Assembly (NCBI GenBank): GCA_964252075.1
Contig: CAXULY010000001.1
Coordinates: 215,787 to 279,786 of the forward strand
Length of the DNA: 64,000 bases
From: an uncultured Deinococcaceae bacterium
Lineage (GTDB): Bacteria > Deinococcota > Deinococci > Deinococcales > Deinococcaceae
Reading direction: 5' to 3'
In this document: piece by piece, positions 22,339 to 31,233 of the stretch
Position numbering within the stretch: the stretch's first letter is position 1
Layout: each line of letters opens with the position of its first letter
Notes under the pieces: generated by a model
Databases searched by the model: none
What the model saw: only the letters and a program-made list of their open reading frames with translations
What the model was told of the DNA's origin: nothing
Made by a program: the position numbers and the translations under genes

Positions 22339-23706
22339 TTACAGGCTGGCGAGTGCGTCGCGCATGAGGCCGAGGCCCGTCTCGGCCTCCTCGCGCGTGA
22401 GGATCAAAGGCGGGCTCACGCGGATGGTGGCCTCGCCGCAGTCGAGGTTCAGCAGGCCGCGCTCGAACATCGCCATGCTGGCGCGATCGCGCAGCTTGCC
22501 ATCGGGTGCGCCGTCCGGCTTCACGAACTCCAGGCCGATGAAGAGGCCCTGCCCGCGCACGTCGCCCAGGAAGGGGAAGTCCGCCTGCATGGCGCGCAGC
22601 TCACCCAGGATGAAGCTGCCCACCGCGGCCGAGTTTGCCATGAGGCTCTCGCCGCAGCCGGGGTGCTTCACCGCGCCGTCCAGCAGGTCCAGGGTGGCGT
22701 GCGCCGCCGCCGCCGCCACGGGGTTCCCGCCGAAGGTGCTGCCGTGGCTGCCGGGCGCCCACGTCATGACGCTCGCCTTCGCGAGCATCGCGCTGAGCGG
22801 CAGGCCCGACGCGATGCCCTTCGCCATCGTGATGATGTCCGGCTGCACGTCCCCGTACTGCTCGAACTGCTGGAAGCTGAACATTTTCCCGGTGCGGCCC
22901 ATGCCGGCCTGCACCTCGTCGAAGATCAGGAGGATGCCGTGCTTGTCGCACAGGGCGCGCAGCTTCGGCAGGAAGTCGGTGGGCGGCACGATGTACCCGC
23001 CCTCGCCCTGCATGGGCTCGATGATGAACGCCGCGACCTCGTCGGGCGGGAGGACCGTCTGGAACAGCATCTCGACGTGCGCGAGCACCGCGTCCCCGCA
23101 GGTTTCGGGCGTGGAGCCGAGCGGCGGCCGGAAGGGGTTCGGGTACGGCACGTGCGACACGTTCGGCAGGAGCGGCCCGAAGCCGCGCTTGTACTTCGTC
23201 TTGGAGCCCGTGAGGGTGATCGCGCCGTAGGTGCGCCCGTGGAAGGACCCGATGGTGCTGATGATGTGGCTGCGCCCCGTGTGGTTGCGCGCGAGCTTCA
23301 CCGCCGCCTCGACCGCCTCAGCGCCGGAATTGCCGAAGAACACCCGCCAGGGCTCACCGGGGCGCGCGACGTACCCCGCGAGGCGCTCCGCGAGGGAGGT
23401 GGTGACCTCCTGCGGGTAGTCGGTGAGGCACACGTGCATGAACTTCCCGGCCTGCTCTGCAATGGCCTTCACGACGTGCGGGTGATTGTACCCGGTGGTG
23501 CTCACCGCGATGCCCGCGAAGAAATCCAGCATGGTGTTGCCGTCCGGGTCGGTGAGCCACACGCCCTCGCCGTGGTCCGGCACGAAGGGGTAGGGGCGCA
23601 TGTAGCTGGTGGAGAGCTGCGCGGCGTCGCGCGTCATGATCGCGGCGGACTTCGGGCCGGGCAGCACGGTGCGAATCTCGGGGCGGCGGGGGGTGGTGAT
23701 GGTCAT
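22339..23706 (-). CDS. Class III omega-aminotransferase (GABA/ornithine/lysine type)
   Basis: LDFFAGIAV, NSGAEAVEAAVKLAR, FHGRT, EPMQGEGG, DEVQAGMGRTG, AKGIASG, HGSTFGGNP; AAGGAG RBS. Confidence 0.9.
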   Translation of the reverse strand: MTITTPRRPEIRTVLPGPKSAAIMTRDAAQLSTSYMRPYPFVPDHGEGVWLTDPDGNTMLDFFAGIAVSTTGYNHPHVVKAIAEQAGKFMHVCLTDYPQEVTTSLAERLAGYVARPGEPWRVFFGNSGAEAVEAAVKLARNHTGRSHIISTIGSFHGRTYGAITLTGSKTKYKRGFGPLLPNVSHVPYPNPFRPPLGSTPETCGDAVLAHVEMLFQTVLPPDEVAAFIIEPMQGEGGYIVPPTDFLPKLRALCDKHGILLIFDEVQAGMGRTGKMFSFQQFEQYGDVQPDIITMAKGIASGLPLSAMLAKASVMTWAPGSHGSTFGGNPVAAAAAHATLDLLDGAVKHPGCGESLMANSAAVGSFILGELRAMQADFPFLGDVRGQGLFIGLEFVKPDGAPDGKLRDRASMAMFERGLLNLDCGEATIRVSPPLILTREEAETGLGLMRDALASL

Positions 23707-23731
23707 GGAAACTCCTTGTGGGTGTGCGGCC

Positions 23732-24247
23732 TTACTCGTCCTCGTTCTCGATGAGCACCACGGCGGCAATCTCGGGCGGCATGCCCTCAATCCAGACCTC
23801 GGGCATGTCCAGTACGCCCTTGTTCGGGCCCGGCACCGCCGCCTTCATGGCGTCCGGCAGGTTGGCCGCGCCCTCGTACTGTGCGGTCCAGTCCAGGCCA
23901 GGCGCGGTCAGGCTGCCGATGGGCGTGGGGTCGTTCCGTGGGTCGAAGCCGATCGCCCCGACCTTGTGGTCCCCCTGCAGGAAGCACTGCTGAAGAACCT
24001 GCAGCAGGTCGTGGGTCCGCAGGGCGTAGGCGGGCACCGCGTCGCGGTGCCGGTACGGACCGTGATACCTGGCGCCCAGGTACCCGTCGATGGCGAGGGC
24101 AGCGGCTTCCGGGCACGCGGGCTGATCCGCCATCCAGCGGATCCGCTCACCGTTCCCGTCGCAGTTGGAATCGCACGCCGCGTACAGCCAGGCGGCGTCG
24201 GGGGCCGTCGGCAAGTACGCGGACATCAGGCGGGCGTGCGTCTCCAT
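23732..24247 (-). CDS. Hypothetical protein, DUF4274-like
   Basis: NCDGNGERIRWMADQPACPEAAALAI resembles the DUF4274 core (NWD..WI..P.CD..TAL). Confidence 0.55.
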   Translation of the reverse strand: METHARLMSAYLPTAPDAAWLYAACDSNCDGNGERIRWMADQPACPEAAALAIDGYLGARYHGPYRHRDAVPAYALRTHDLLQVLQQCFLQGDHKVGAIGFDPRNDPTPIGSLTAPGLDWTAQYEGAANLPDAMKAAVPGPNKGVLDMPEVWIEGMPPEIAAVVLIENEDE

Positions 24248-24254
24248 CCTCGGC

Positions 24255-25664
24255 TCAGTCGTCGCCGCTGTGGACGGGCTGCGGTTCGTTCACCTGGCCG
24301 TCGGGGGCGGTGTCGGTGGCGCCCACGCCGTAGGCGGTCCACTTGTCGCGGCTGTTCAGGCGGTGCTGCACGGCGCCGGGCCGGTTGCGGCTCTCCGCGA
24401 ACTCCTTGGGCTCAATGGAGATGCGCTCGCCCTCCATCAGGCCGTAGATGCCGCTCTGGCCGGGCTCGCGGCGCACCCAGTCGTCGGGGACCGCCATGTC
24501 GGGTCCGGTGTAGTCGGTGGGTTCGCTGTACGCGGCGATGTAGCCCTCGAAGTTCCGGAGGATGAGCTTCTCGGGGCTGTGCGACAGCACGTAGTTGGGC
24601 GCGACGGGGATCTTGCCGCCGCCGCCGGGCGCGTCCACCACGTAGGTGGGGATGCTGTAGCCGCTGGTGTGGCCGCGCAGGGACTCCATGATCTCCAGGC
24701 CCTTGCTGACGGTGGTGCGCAGGTGCCCCGCGCCGTGCACGAGGTCGCACTGGTAGATGTAGTAGGGCCGCACGCGGATCTTCACGAGTTCCCGCAGGAG
24801 TTTCTGCATGATGACGGGGTGGTCGTTCACGCCGCGCAGCAGCACGCTCTGGTTGCCGAGCGGCACGCCCGCGCGGTTGAGGCGGTCGCAGGCGTCCGCG
24901 ACTTCCGGCGTGATTTCCTTGGGGTGGTTCACGTGGATGTTCATCCACAGGGGGTGGTGCGCGGCGAGCACGTCGCACAGCTCGGGCGTGACGCGCATGG
25001 GCATGAACACGGGGACGCGCGTGCCGATGCGGATGATCTCGATGTGCTCGATGGCGCGCAGCTCGGAGAGCAGCCCGCCGAGCACCTTGGGCGCGAGGGT
25101 GAGGGGGTCGCCGCCGGACAGCAGCACGTCGCGCACCTGCGGGCTGCGGCGCAGGTAGTCGAGCTGCTGGCGGTACTCCTCGGGCTTGAAGGTCTCGGTG
25201 GGGTCGCCGACGATGCGGCTGCGCGTGCAGTAGCGGCAGTAGCTGGCGCACTGGGTGGTGACGAGCATCAGCACGCGGTCCGGGTAGCGGTGCACGAGGC
25301 CGGGGACGGGGCTGTGCTTGTCCTCCGCGAGGGAATCCTCCATCATGCTGGTGAAGGGCTCCAGCTCGTGGTGCGTGGGGATGACCTGCCGCCGCACGGG
25401 GCAGGTGGGGTCCTCGGGGTCCATGAGGCTCGCGAAGTACGGCGTGATGTCCAGCCGGAAGATGCCCTCGGCGCTCGCGCCGATCCGCTCGGAGTCGGTG
25501 AGGCGCACGACCTCATCGAGTTCCGCGACGGTGTTGATGCGGTTCTTGAGCTGCCATTTCCAGTCGTACCACTGCTCGTCGGGCACGTCCCGCCATTTGG
25601 GGAGGCGGTGGTTGCGCGGCAGCATCTGCTGGGCGCGCACGGTCGTTTCGGGGTGCAGGGGCAT
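24255..25664 (-). CDS. kamA: Lysine 2,3-aminomutase (radical SAM, PLP)
   Basis: WYDWKWQLKN, GLVHRYPDRVL, CASYCRYCTR, LLSGGDP, NQSVLLRGVND, YYIYQCD, DAPGGGGKIP; AAGGAG RBS. Confidence 0.95.
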   Translation of the reverse strand: MPLHPETTVRAQQMLPRNHRLPKWRDVPDEQWYDWKWQLKNRINTVAELDEVVRLTDSERIGASAEGIFRLDITPYFASLMDPEDPTCPVRRQVIPTHHELEPFTSMMEDSLAEDKHSPVPGLVHRYPDRVLMLVTTQCASYCRYCTRSRIVGDPTETFKPEEYRQQLDYLRRSPQVRDVLLSGGDPLTLAPKVLGGLLSELRAIEHIEIIRIGTRVPVFMPMRVTPELCDVLAAHHPLWMNIHVNHPKEITPEVADACDRLNRAGVPLGNQSVLLRGVNDHPVIMQKLLRELVKIRVRPYYIYQCDLVHGAGHLRTTVSKGLEIMESLRGHTSGYSIPTYVVDAPGGGGKIPVAPNYVLSHSPEKLILRNFEGYIAAYSEPTDYTGPDMAVPDDWVRREPGQSGIYGLMEGERISIEPKEFAESRNRPGAVQHRLNSRDKWTAYGVGATDTAPDGQVNEPQPVHSGDD

Positions 25665-25747
25665 GGGGCTCCTTTGGCGTGACACTGGGGGGTTCGGCGC
25701 GGCCCCAATGTGGGCCGCGCGCCGCGCTGAGCGGGGGTGTGGTGATC

Positions 25748-25871
25748 AGTGTAGGGAGGCCCACCCTGGATTGGAATGCGCGTCACCTTGCCCTTCACCC
25801 CCGTTTGTGCATCAGATTCCTGGCAAACGCCACGCGCGACCTGGCAAATGCCAGGAGGGCTCTGTTAAGCT
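25748..25871. promoter_or_regulatory. Divergent kamA/lrp promoters with tandem operator-like dyads
   Basis: Minus strand TTCCAA-17-TACACT for kamA; plus strand TAAGCT (25866) for lrp; CCTGGCAAACGCCACG (25819) and CCTGGCAAATGCCAGG (25840). Confidence 0.6.
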
Positions 25872-25878
25872 GACCGTC

Positions 25879-26346
25879 ATGAAGCAACACGGCGCCACCC
25901 TGGACCCGCTCGACACCCGCATTCTGACGGAACTGCAGCAGGACGCCCGGCTCAGCATGCGGGAACTGGGGCGGCGCGTGCACCTCTCCGCGCCCGCGGT
26001 CACGGAGCGCGTGCGGCGCCTAGAGGACGCGGGCGTCATCCAGGGGTACAGCGCGCGCGTGGCGAGCAAGCCGCTGGGCCGCTCCATCACCGCCTTCATC
26101 GGCGTGGAGGACTCCGGGCGCAACGACCCGAAACTCATCAAGTGGGCGCAGAACCATGACGGCGTGCAGGAATGCCACTCCGTGACGGGTGAGAACTCCT
26201 GCATCCTGAAGGTGGCGCTCCCCGACGTGCAGGCGCTGGAGGAGGTGCTGGCGGAACTCATTGCCATGGGGTTCACGTGCTCCACCAGCATCGTGCTGAG
26301 CACCCCGCTCGGCGGCAAACTCATGCTGCCCCCCAAAGCGCAGTGA
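25879..26346 (+). CDS. Lrp/AsnC-family regulator
   Basis: LDPLDTRILTELQQDARLSMRELGRRVHLSAPAVTERVRRLE; ECHSVTG. Confidence 0.93.
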   Translation: MKQHGATLDPLDTRILTELQQDARLSMRELGRRVHLSAPAVTERVRRLEDAGVIQGYSARVASKPLGRSITAFIGVEDSGRNDPKLIKWAQNHDGVQECHSVTGENSCILKVALPDVQALEEVLAELIAMGFTCSTSIVLSTPLGGKLMLPPKAQ

Positions 26347-26398
26347 CGCGCGCGCCGAACCGCACCACCCGCCGCGCGCGGACAGAAGGGGCGCACCC

Positions 26399-26995
26399 GT
26401 GACCACCCCCGACCACTTCAGTGACCTGGACCTCCACGCGGTGCGCACGCCGTACTTCCGGCAGCTGCTGCGCGAGGACCCGGCGCGCAACCTCGCGGAG
26501 CGCTTCGAGGCGCTGCGCCGCGCGCAGCCCGCCCTGACGGACCACCTGCTGGGCTTCGTGCCGACAGTGCTTGAGCGCGGCTTCGCGGTCCTCGCCTTCC
26601 AGGACGAACCGATGCTGTACACGGTGGGGCTGTCCTACGCCTCGGACCTGCCGGAACTCATGCTGATCACGGCGGGCCAGGAGCGCGAGGAGATGGACCG
26701 CATGCTGAACGCCCTGGCGCGCACGCAGAGTGAGAGCGGCACCGCCCTGCCCGCGTACGACGACCTCTCCCCGCTGTTCGTGGACGCCGGGTACCGGCTG
26801 GAGTCCCTGAAGTTCGAACCGTACTCCCCGAGCGTGCAGCGGCTGTTCCCGAGCGGCGCCCTGACGGGCTTCCACCAGGTGTTCTCGGACCTCGACCTGG
26901 GTGAATCAGGCGCGCCCCTGCTGGTGGCGAGGGCATACACCAGCGCGGAGGCGGGCCTCGCGATGCTCCGCGCGCGCCTTGACCAACAGGGCTGA
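26399..26995 (+). CDS. Hypothetical protein, DUF4262-like
   Basis: YTVGLSYASDLPELMLI motif. Confidence 0.55.
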   Translation: MTTPDHFSDLDLHAVRTPYFRQLLREDPARNLAERFEALRRAQPALTDHLLGFVPTVLERGFAVLAFQDEPMLYTVGLSYASDLPELMLITAGQEREEMDRMLNALARTQSESGTALPAYDDLSPLFVDAGYRLESLKFEPYSPSVQRLFPSGALTGFHQVFSDLDLGESGAPLLVARAYTSAEAGLAMLRARLDQQG

Positions 26996-27360
26996 AGCGC
27001 GGTGGGCGAGGGATTCAGGTGAGACGCCCCGACTGATCGTCGTGAGCAACCGGAGCGATGGCCGGAAAGCCCACGTCTTGCGGCGTGCTGAATGGGCTCA
27101 TCGCGCAGTGAATGGCTTCTACCTCAGCCTGGCCCGGGGTCCGTGAAGCCATGAGGTTCGCTGCTCTCTGGTTATCAAGTGCAAAGTAGACAGGGCGCGT
27201 CGTGCACTGGTCAGCAAGCGTCGGCAACTTGTTTTTTGCGCGTGGCAGCGCATCGATGTGCCGTCCCTGGTGCGTGTTAGCCTCGGGGCATCAACGCCCC
27301 TTCGCGCGCCGCGCGAGAAAGGTTGCACATTTGACGAGCACCCTCACGCAGGGCACCCTC

Positions 27361-28923
27361 ATGCAGGGCCTGCTGCCGTTCCAGCACGAACCGTACTTCA
27401 ACTTCGCGGACCCGCAGGTCGCGCAGCAGCAGCGGGACGCCTTCCGCGCCGTGCGCGAGCGCTTCGTGGGCCGCGGTTACCCCATGCTGATCGCGGGCGA
27501 GGCCGTCACGGACCGCGACACCTTCGAGGTCACGAACCCCGGCGACACCGCCGAGGTGCTGTGGCGCTTCCCCAAAGCGACGCCCGAGGACCTGGAGCGC
27601 GCCATCCGCGCGGCGAACGAGGCCTTCCAGACGTGGCGGTTCAGCGACCCGCTGCAGCGGTCCAGCATCATGCTGCGCGCCTCCGCGCTCCTGAAGGCGC
27701 GCCGCATGGAGCTGAACGCCATCATGTCGCTGGAGAACGGCAAGAACTGGGCGGAGGCGGACGGCGAGGTCGCGGAGTGCGTGGATCACTTCGAGGGCTT
27801 CGCGCGCGAGACCCTCAAGTGGGCGCAGGGAAAGGCCGTGGAGCCCATGCCGGACGAGCACGTGACGCTCGTGTACGAGCCCCTGGGGGTGGTGGCGGCC
27901 ATCTCGCCGTGGAATTACCCGGCGGCCATCCCGCTCGGCATGGCGCTCGGCGCGCTCGCGGCGGGCAACACCGTGGTGTGGAAGCCCGCGGGTGAGACGC
28001 CGCTGTGCAGCCTGTGGCTGATCGAGCTGCTGTTTGAAGCGGGCCTCCCGAAGGACGTCATTCAGTTCGTGACGGGCGACGACGCGGTGCTCGGCGATCC
28101 CCTCGTGGATCACCGGGACGTGCGGATGGTGGCGTTCACGGGGAGCCGTGAGATCGGGTGCCGCATCTACGAGCGCGCGGCGCGCGTGCAGCCCGGCCAG
28201 AAGTGGCTGAAGCGCGTGATCGCGGAGATGGGCGGCAAGGACCCCACCGTGGTGTGCGCGGACGCGGACCTGGACGCGGCGGCGCTCGGCATCGTGCAGG
28301 CGGCGTTCGGGTACGCGGGGCAGAAGTGCAGCGCGTGCTCGCGCGCCATCGTGGAGGACAGCGTGTACGACGCGGTGCTGGAGAAGGTGAAGGCGCTGAC
28401 GGAGCGCCTCACGGTGGGCCTCCCCGAGGAGAACGCGGCGGTCGGTCCGGTCATTCACGCGCAGAGCGGCGAGCGCATCATGGCGTACCTGCGGGACCTG
28501 CCGGACGGCGCGCGCATCGTGACGGGCGGGGGCCAGGCGGACGTGCCGGGCCGCGCGGGCGCGTATATCCAGCCGACCGTCGTGGCGGACGTGCCCGCGG
28601 ACTCCGCGATCTTCCAGGAGGAGGTGTTCGGGCCGGTCCTGACCTTCACGCGCGCGCGCGACTGGCGGCACGCCATTGAACTCGCGAACGACTCCGACTA
28701 CGGCCTCACCGCGAGCTTCTACAGCCGCGACCCCATGAAGGTGGACGCCGCGCGGCGCCTGATGCACGTGGGGAACCTGTACATCAACCGCAAGTGCACG
28801 GGCGCCATGAGCGGCACGCACGCCTTTGGCGGGTACGGCATGAGCGGCACGAACGCGAAGGTGGGCGGCCCGGATTACCTGTTCTGGTTCCTGCAGAGCA
28901 AGGTCGTCGCGCAGAAGTACTGA
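27361..28923 (+). CDS. Aldehyde dehydrogenase of the monofunctional P5C dehydrogenase (RocA/PruA) family
   Basis: ISPWNYP, FTGSREIG, AEMGGKD, GQKCSACSR, EEVFGPV, GNLYINRKCTGA, KVGGPDYL. Confidence 0.9.
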   Translation: MQGLLPFQHEPYFNFADPQVAQQQRDAFRAVRERFVGRGYPMLIAGEAVTDRDTFEVTNPGDTAEVLWRFPKATPEDLERAIRAANEAFQTWRFSDPLQRSSIMLRASALLKARRMELNAIMSLENGKNWAEADGEVAECVDHFEGFARETLKWAQGKAVEPMPDEHVTLVYEPLGVVAAISPWNYPAAIPLGMALGALAAGNTVVWKPAGETPLCSLWLIELLFEAGLPKDVIQFVTGDDAVLGDPLVDHRDVRMVAFTGSREIGCRIYERAARVQPGQKWLKRVIAEMGGKDPTVVCADADLDAAALGIVQAAFGYAGQKCSACSRAIVEDSVYDAVLEKVKALTERLTVGLPEENAAVGPVIHAQSGERIMAYLRDLPDGARIVTGGGQADVPGRAGAYIQPTVVADVPADSAIFQEEVFGPVLTFTRARDWRHAIELANDSDYGLTASFYSRDPMKVDAARRLMHVGNLYINRKCTGAMSGTHAFGGYGMSGTNAKVGGPDYLFWFLQSKVVAQKY

Positions 28924-28977
28924 AGTGTGAAGGGCGGCGCGGCCCCGCCCTTCGCCGCATGGCCGACAATAACCCTC

Positions 28978-29469
28978 ATGAGTGAACACCGTGATGATGG
29001 ATTCACCGCGCTCGCCCGCGTGCTGCCGAAACTCTTCCGTGGCGGGCAGGCGTACGTGGGCGTGCAGGCCAGCCTGTCGGGCCTCACGCCCGAGCAGGCG
29101 GCGGTGCGGCCGGAGGCCCTCCCCCACTCCGCCGCGGAGCTCCTCGCGCACGTGAACTGGTGGCTGGGGTGGATGCTGGACGTGATTGAGGTGGGGAACG
29201 TCCCGTACCCGGAGCACGCCAGCATCACGTGGCCAGCGGTGGGCGCCGCCGACTGGGAGCGCCTGCGCGGCGCGTTCTACGACCTGCTCGCGCGCGTGGA
29301 CACGCACACCGCCCGCCCGGACCTGCAGAACCCCGTGAATTTCGAGGAGACGCTCGGTGAGCTGCTCGCGGACTTCGCGGTGCACACCGCGTACCACTTC
29401 GGGCAGATCGTCACGGTCCGCCAGGCGATCGGCGCGTGGCCGCCCCCCGGCGGGGGCGACACGTGGTGA
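28978..29469 (+). CDS. DinB/YfiT-family protein (copy 1)
   Basis: PHSAAELLAHVNWW ... HTAYHFGQIV. Confidence 0.85.
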   Translation: MSEHRDDGFTALARVLPKLFRGGQAYVGVQASLSGLTPEQAAVRPEALPHSAAELLAHVNWWLGWMLDVIEVGNVPYPEHASITWPAVGAADWERLRGAFYDLLARVDTHTARPDLQNPVNFEETLGELLADFAVHTAYHFGQIVTVRQAIGAWPPPGGGDTW

Positions 29470-29891
29470 CGCCGGACGCCCTCTCGAAGCTCTTCGCGGG
29501 CGGCGAGGCGAACGTGCGCTGGGAGCGCGCGCTGGAGGGCCTCAGCGCGCGGGAGGCCCTGATGGTGCCGGACGGCCTGCCGCACTCGGTGGCGCAGGTC
29601 CTCGCACACGTGGATTACTGGCAGGCGTGGCTGCTCGCCCGGCTGCGCGGCGAGCCCAACGCGTGGCCGGAGCACGCCGCGCAGGGCTGGCCCAACTCCA
29701 CGCTGGACACCTGGGAGGCGGACCGCGCGCGCTTCTTCACGAACCTGGAGGCGCTGCAGGCGGCCACCCAGCACCCCGACGACCAGTTGCTGGGCTTCGC
29801 GGCGCACGGCGTGTACCACCTGGGTCAGGTGGTCCTGATCCGGCAGGCGATCGGCGCGTGGCCCCCGCCGGGCGGCGGCGACACGTGGTGA
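29466..29891 (+). CDS. DinB/YfiT-family protein (copy 2)
   Basis: PHSVAQVLAHVDYWQ ... HGVYHLGQVV; GTGA overlap with copy 1. Confidence 0.85.
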   Translation: MTPDALSKLFAGGEANVRWERALEGLSAREALMVPDGLPHSVAQVLAHVDYWQAWLLARLRGEPNAWPEHAAQGWPNSTLDTWEADRARFFTNLEALQAATQHPDDQLLGFAAHGVYHLGQVVLIRQAIGAWPPPGGGDTW

Positions 29892-29919
29892 GGCGCGCGC
29901 CGCGCAGAAAGGATCTGTT

Positions 29920-31233
29920 GTGAGCAGCGTCTTTTACCGTTCCTCGAAACCCTACCCGGTCGCCGTGCGCGGCGAGGGCGTGTACCTGTGGGACGCCCAG
30001 GGCCGCCGGTACCTGGACGGCGCGTCCGGCGCGCTCGTCGCGAACCTCGGGCACGGTCAGGCGCGCATCGCGCAGGCCATGGCGGCGCAGGCGGGCACGT
30101 TGCCGTTCGTGCACGGCTCGCAGTTCTCCAGCGAGGTGTACGAGCGGTACGCGGCGCGCCTCGCGGCCCTGCTGCCCGCGCGCGGCTACCGCTTCTGGGC
30201 GGTATCGGGCGGGTCGGAGGCGACGGAGAGCGCCATCAAGCTCGCGCGGCAGTACCACGCGGAGCGCGGCGAGCCGGGCCGCTACCGCATCGTGACGCGG
30301 CGGCCCAGTTACCACGGTGCGAGCCTGGGGAGCCTCGCGGCGAGCGGCATGGGCGCGCGCCGCGCCCTGTACACGCCCCTCATGAACGAGGACGCCTGGC
30401 CGAAACTCACGAAGCCCGACCCCACCCTGGACGGCGCGCAGGACGCGCGCCGTCTGGAGGCGCTGCTGCAGGAGCTCGGGCCGGACACCGTCGCGGCGTT
30501 CATGGCGGAGCCCGTGGTGGGCGCCTCGGATGCCGCCCTCGCACCGAACGCCGGGTACGACGCGGAGGTGCGGCGCATCTGCACGCGCCACGGGGTGCTG
30601 TACATCGCGGACGAGGTCATGACGGGCCTCGGGCGGGCCGGGCACCCCTTCGCGTCGTTGCGCGAGGGCGCGCTGCCGGACCTCATCGTGCTCGGCAAGG
30701 GCCTCGCGGCGGGCTACGCGCCACTCGCGGGCCTGCTGGCCTCCCCGGAGGTGTTCGGGGCGGTCATGCACGGCTCGGGGGCCTTCAAGCACGGCTTCAC
30801 GTACGCGGGGCACCCGGTGAGCCTCGCGGCGGGCGAGGCGGCGCTGGACATCGTGGAGGAGCAGGACCTCGTGCAGCGCAGCCACGACCTTGGCGCGCGC
30901 CTGCTCATGGGCCTGCGCGGCCTGCAGCGGCGCCACCCCGTCATTCTGGAGGCGCGCGGGCACGGCCTGATGCTGGGCCTCGTGCTGGGCGACCCGGACA
31001 CCGGTGAGGCCTTCGCGGCGCCGGGCATTGCGGACCGCCTGGCGCGGGCGGCCTTCGAGCGGGGCCTCATCACGTACCCGGGTTCCGGCGCGGTGGACGG
31101 CGTGCGCGGCGATCACCTGCTGCTCGGCCCGCCCCTCACCACCACGGATGACGAGGCGGACGAATTCCTGGCGCTGCTCGACGAGGCGCTCGGCGCGGTT
31201 GGTCATGAACGGGCGGGCGTGCTGGGCGGTTAA
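29920..31233 (+). CDS. Class III aminotransferase (BioA/YodT/beta-amino-acid subgroup)
   Basis: YLDGASGALV, SGGSEATESAIKLARQY, SYHGAS, EPVVGAS, DEVMTG, GKGLAAGY, HGFTYAGHP. Confidence 0.9.
   Translation: MSSVFYRSSKPYPVAVRGEGVYLWDAQGRRYLDGASGALVANLGHGQARIAQAMAAQAGTLPFVHGSQFSSEVYERYAARLAALLPARGYRFWAVSGGSEATESAIKLARQYHAERGEPGRYRIVTRRPSYHGASLGSLAASGMGARRALYTPLMNEDAWPKLTKPDPTLDGAQDARRLEALLQELGPDTVAAFMAEPVVGASDAALAPNAGYDAEVRRICTRHGVLYIADEVMTGLGRAGHPFASLREGALPDLIVLGKGLAAGYAPLAGLLASPEVFGAVMHGSGAFKHGFTYAGHPVSLAAGEAALDIVEEQDLVQRSHDLGARLLMGLRGLQRRHPVILEARGHGLMLGLVLGDPDTGEAFAAPGIADRLARAAFERGLITYPGSGAVDGVRGDHLLLGPPLTTTDDEADEFLALLDEALGAVGHERAGVLGG

Noticed and set aside
24255..25664. EpmB (EF-P beta-lysylation) or AblA (osmolyte) reading of kamA
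   Set aside because: The protein is the long KamA type, and no efp/epmA or ablB acetyltransferase gene is nearby. The context is aminotransferases and an ALDH. A trans-acting partner elsewhere cannot be excluded.
27170..27260. TTATCAAG resembling the start of a SAM-I riboswitch
   Set aside because: The downstream GAGGGA, GGCAACC and GATAA elements are absent in the required order.
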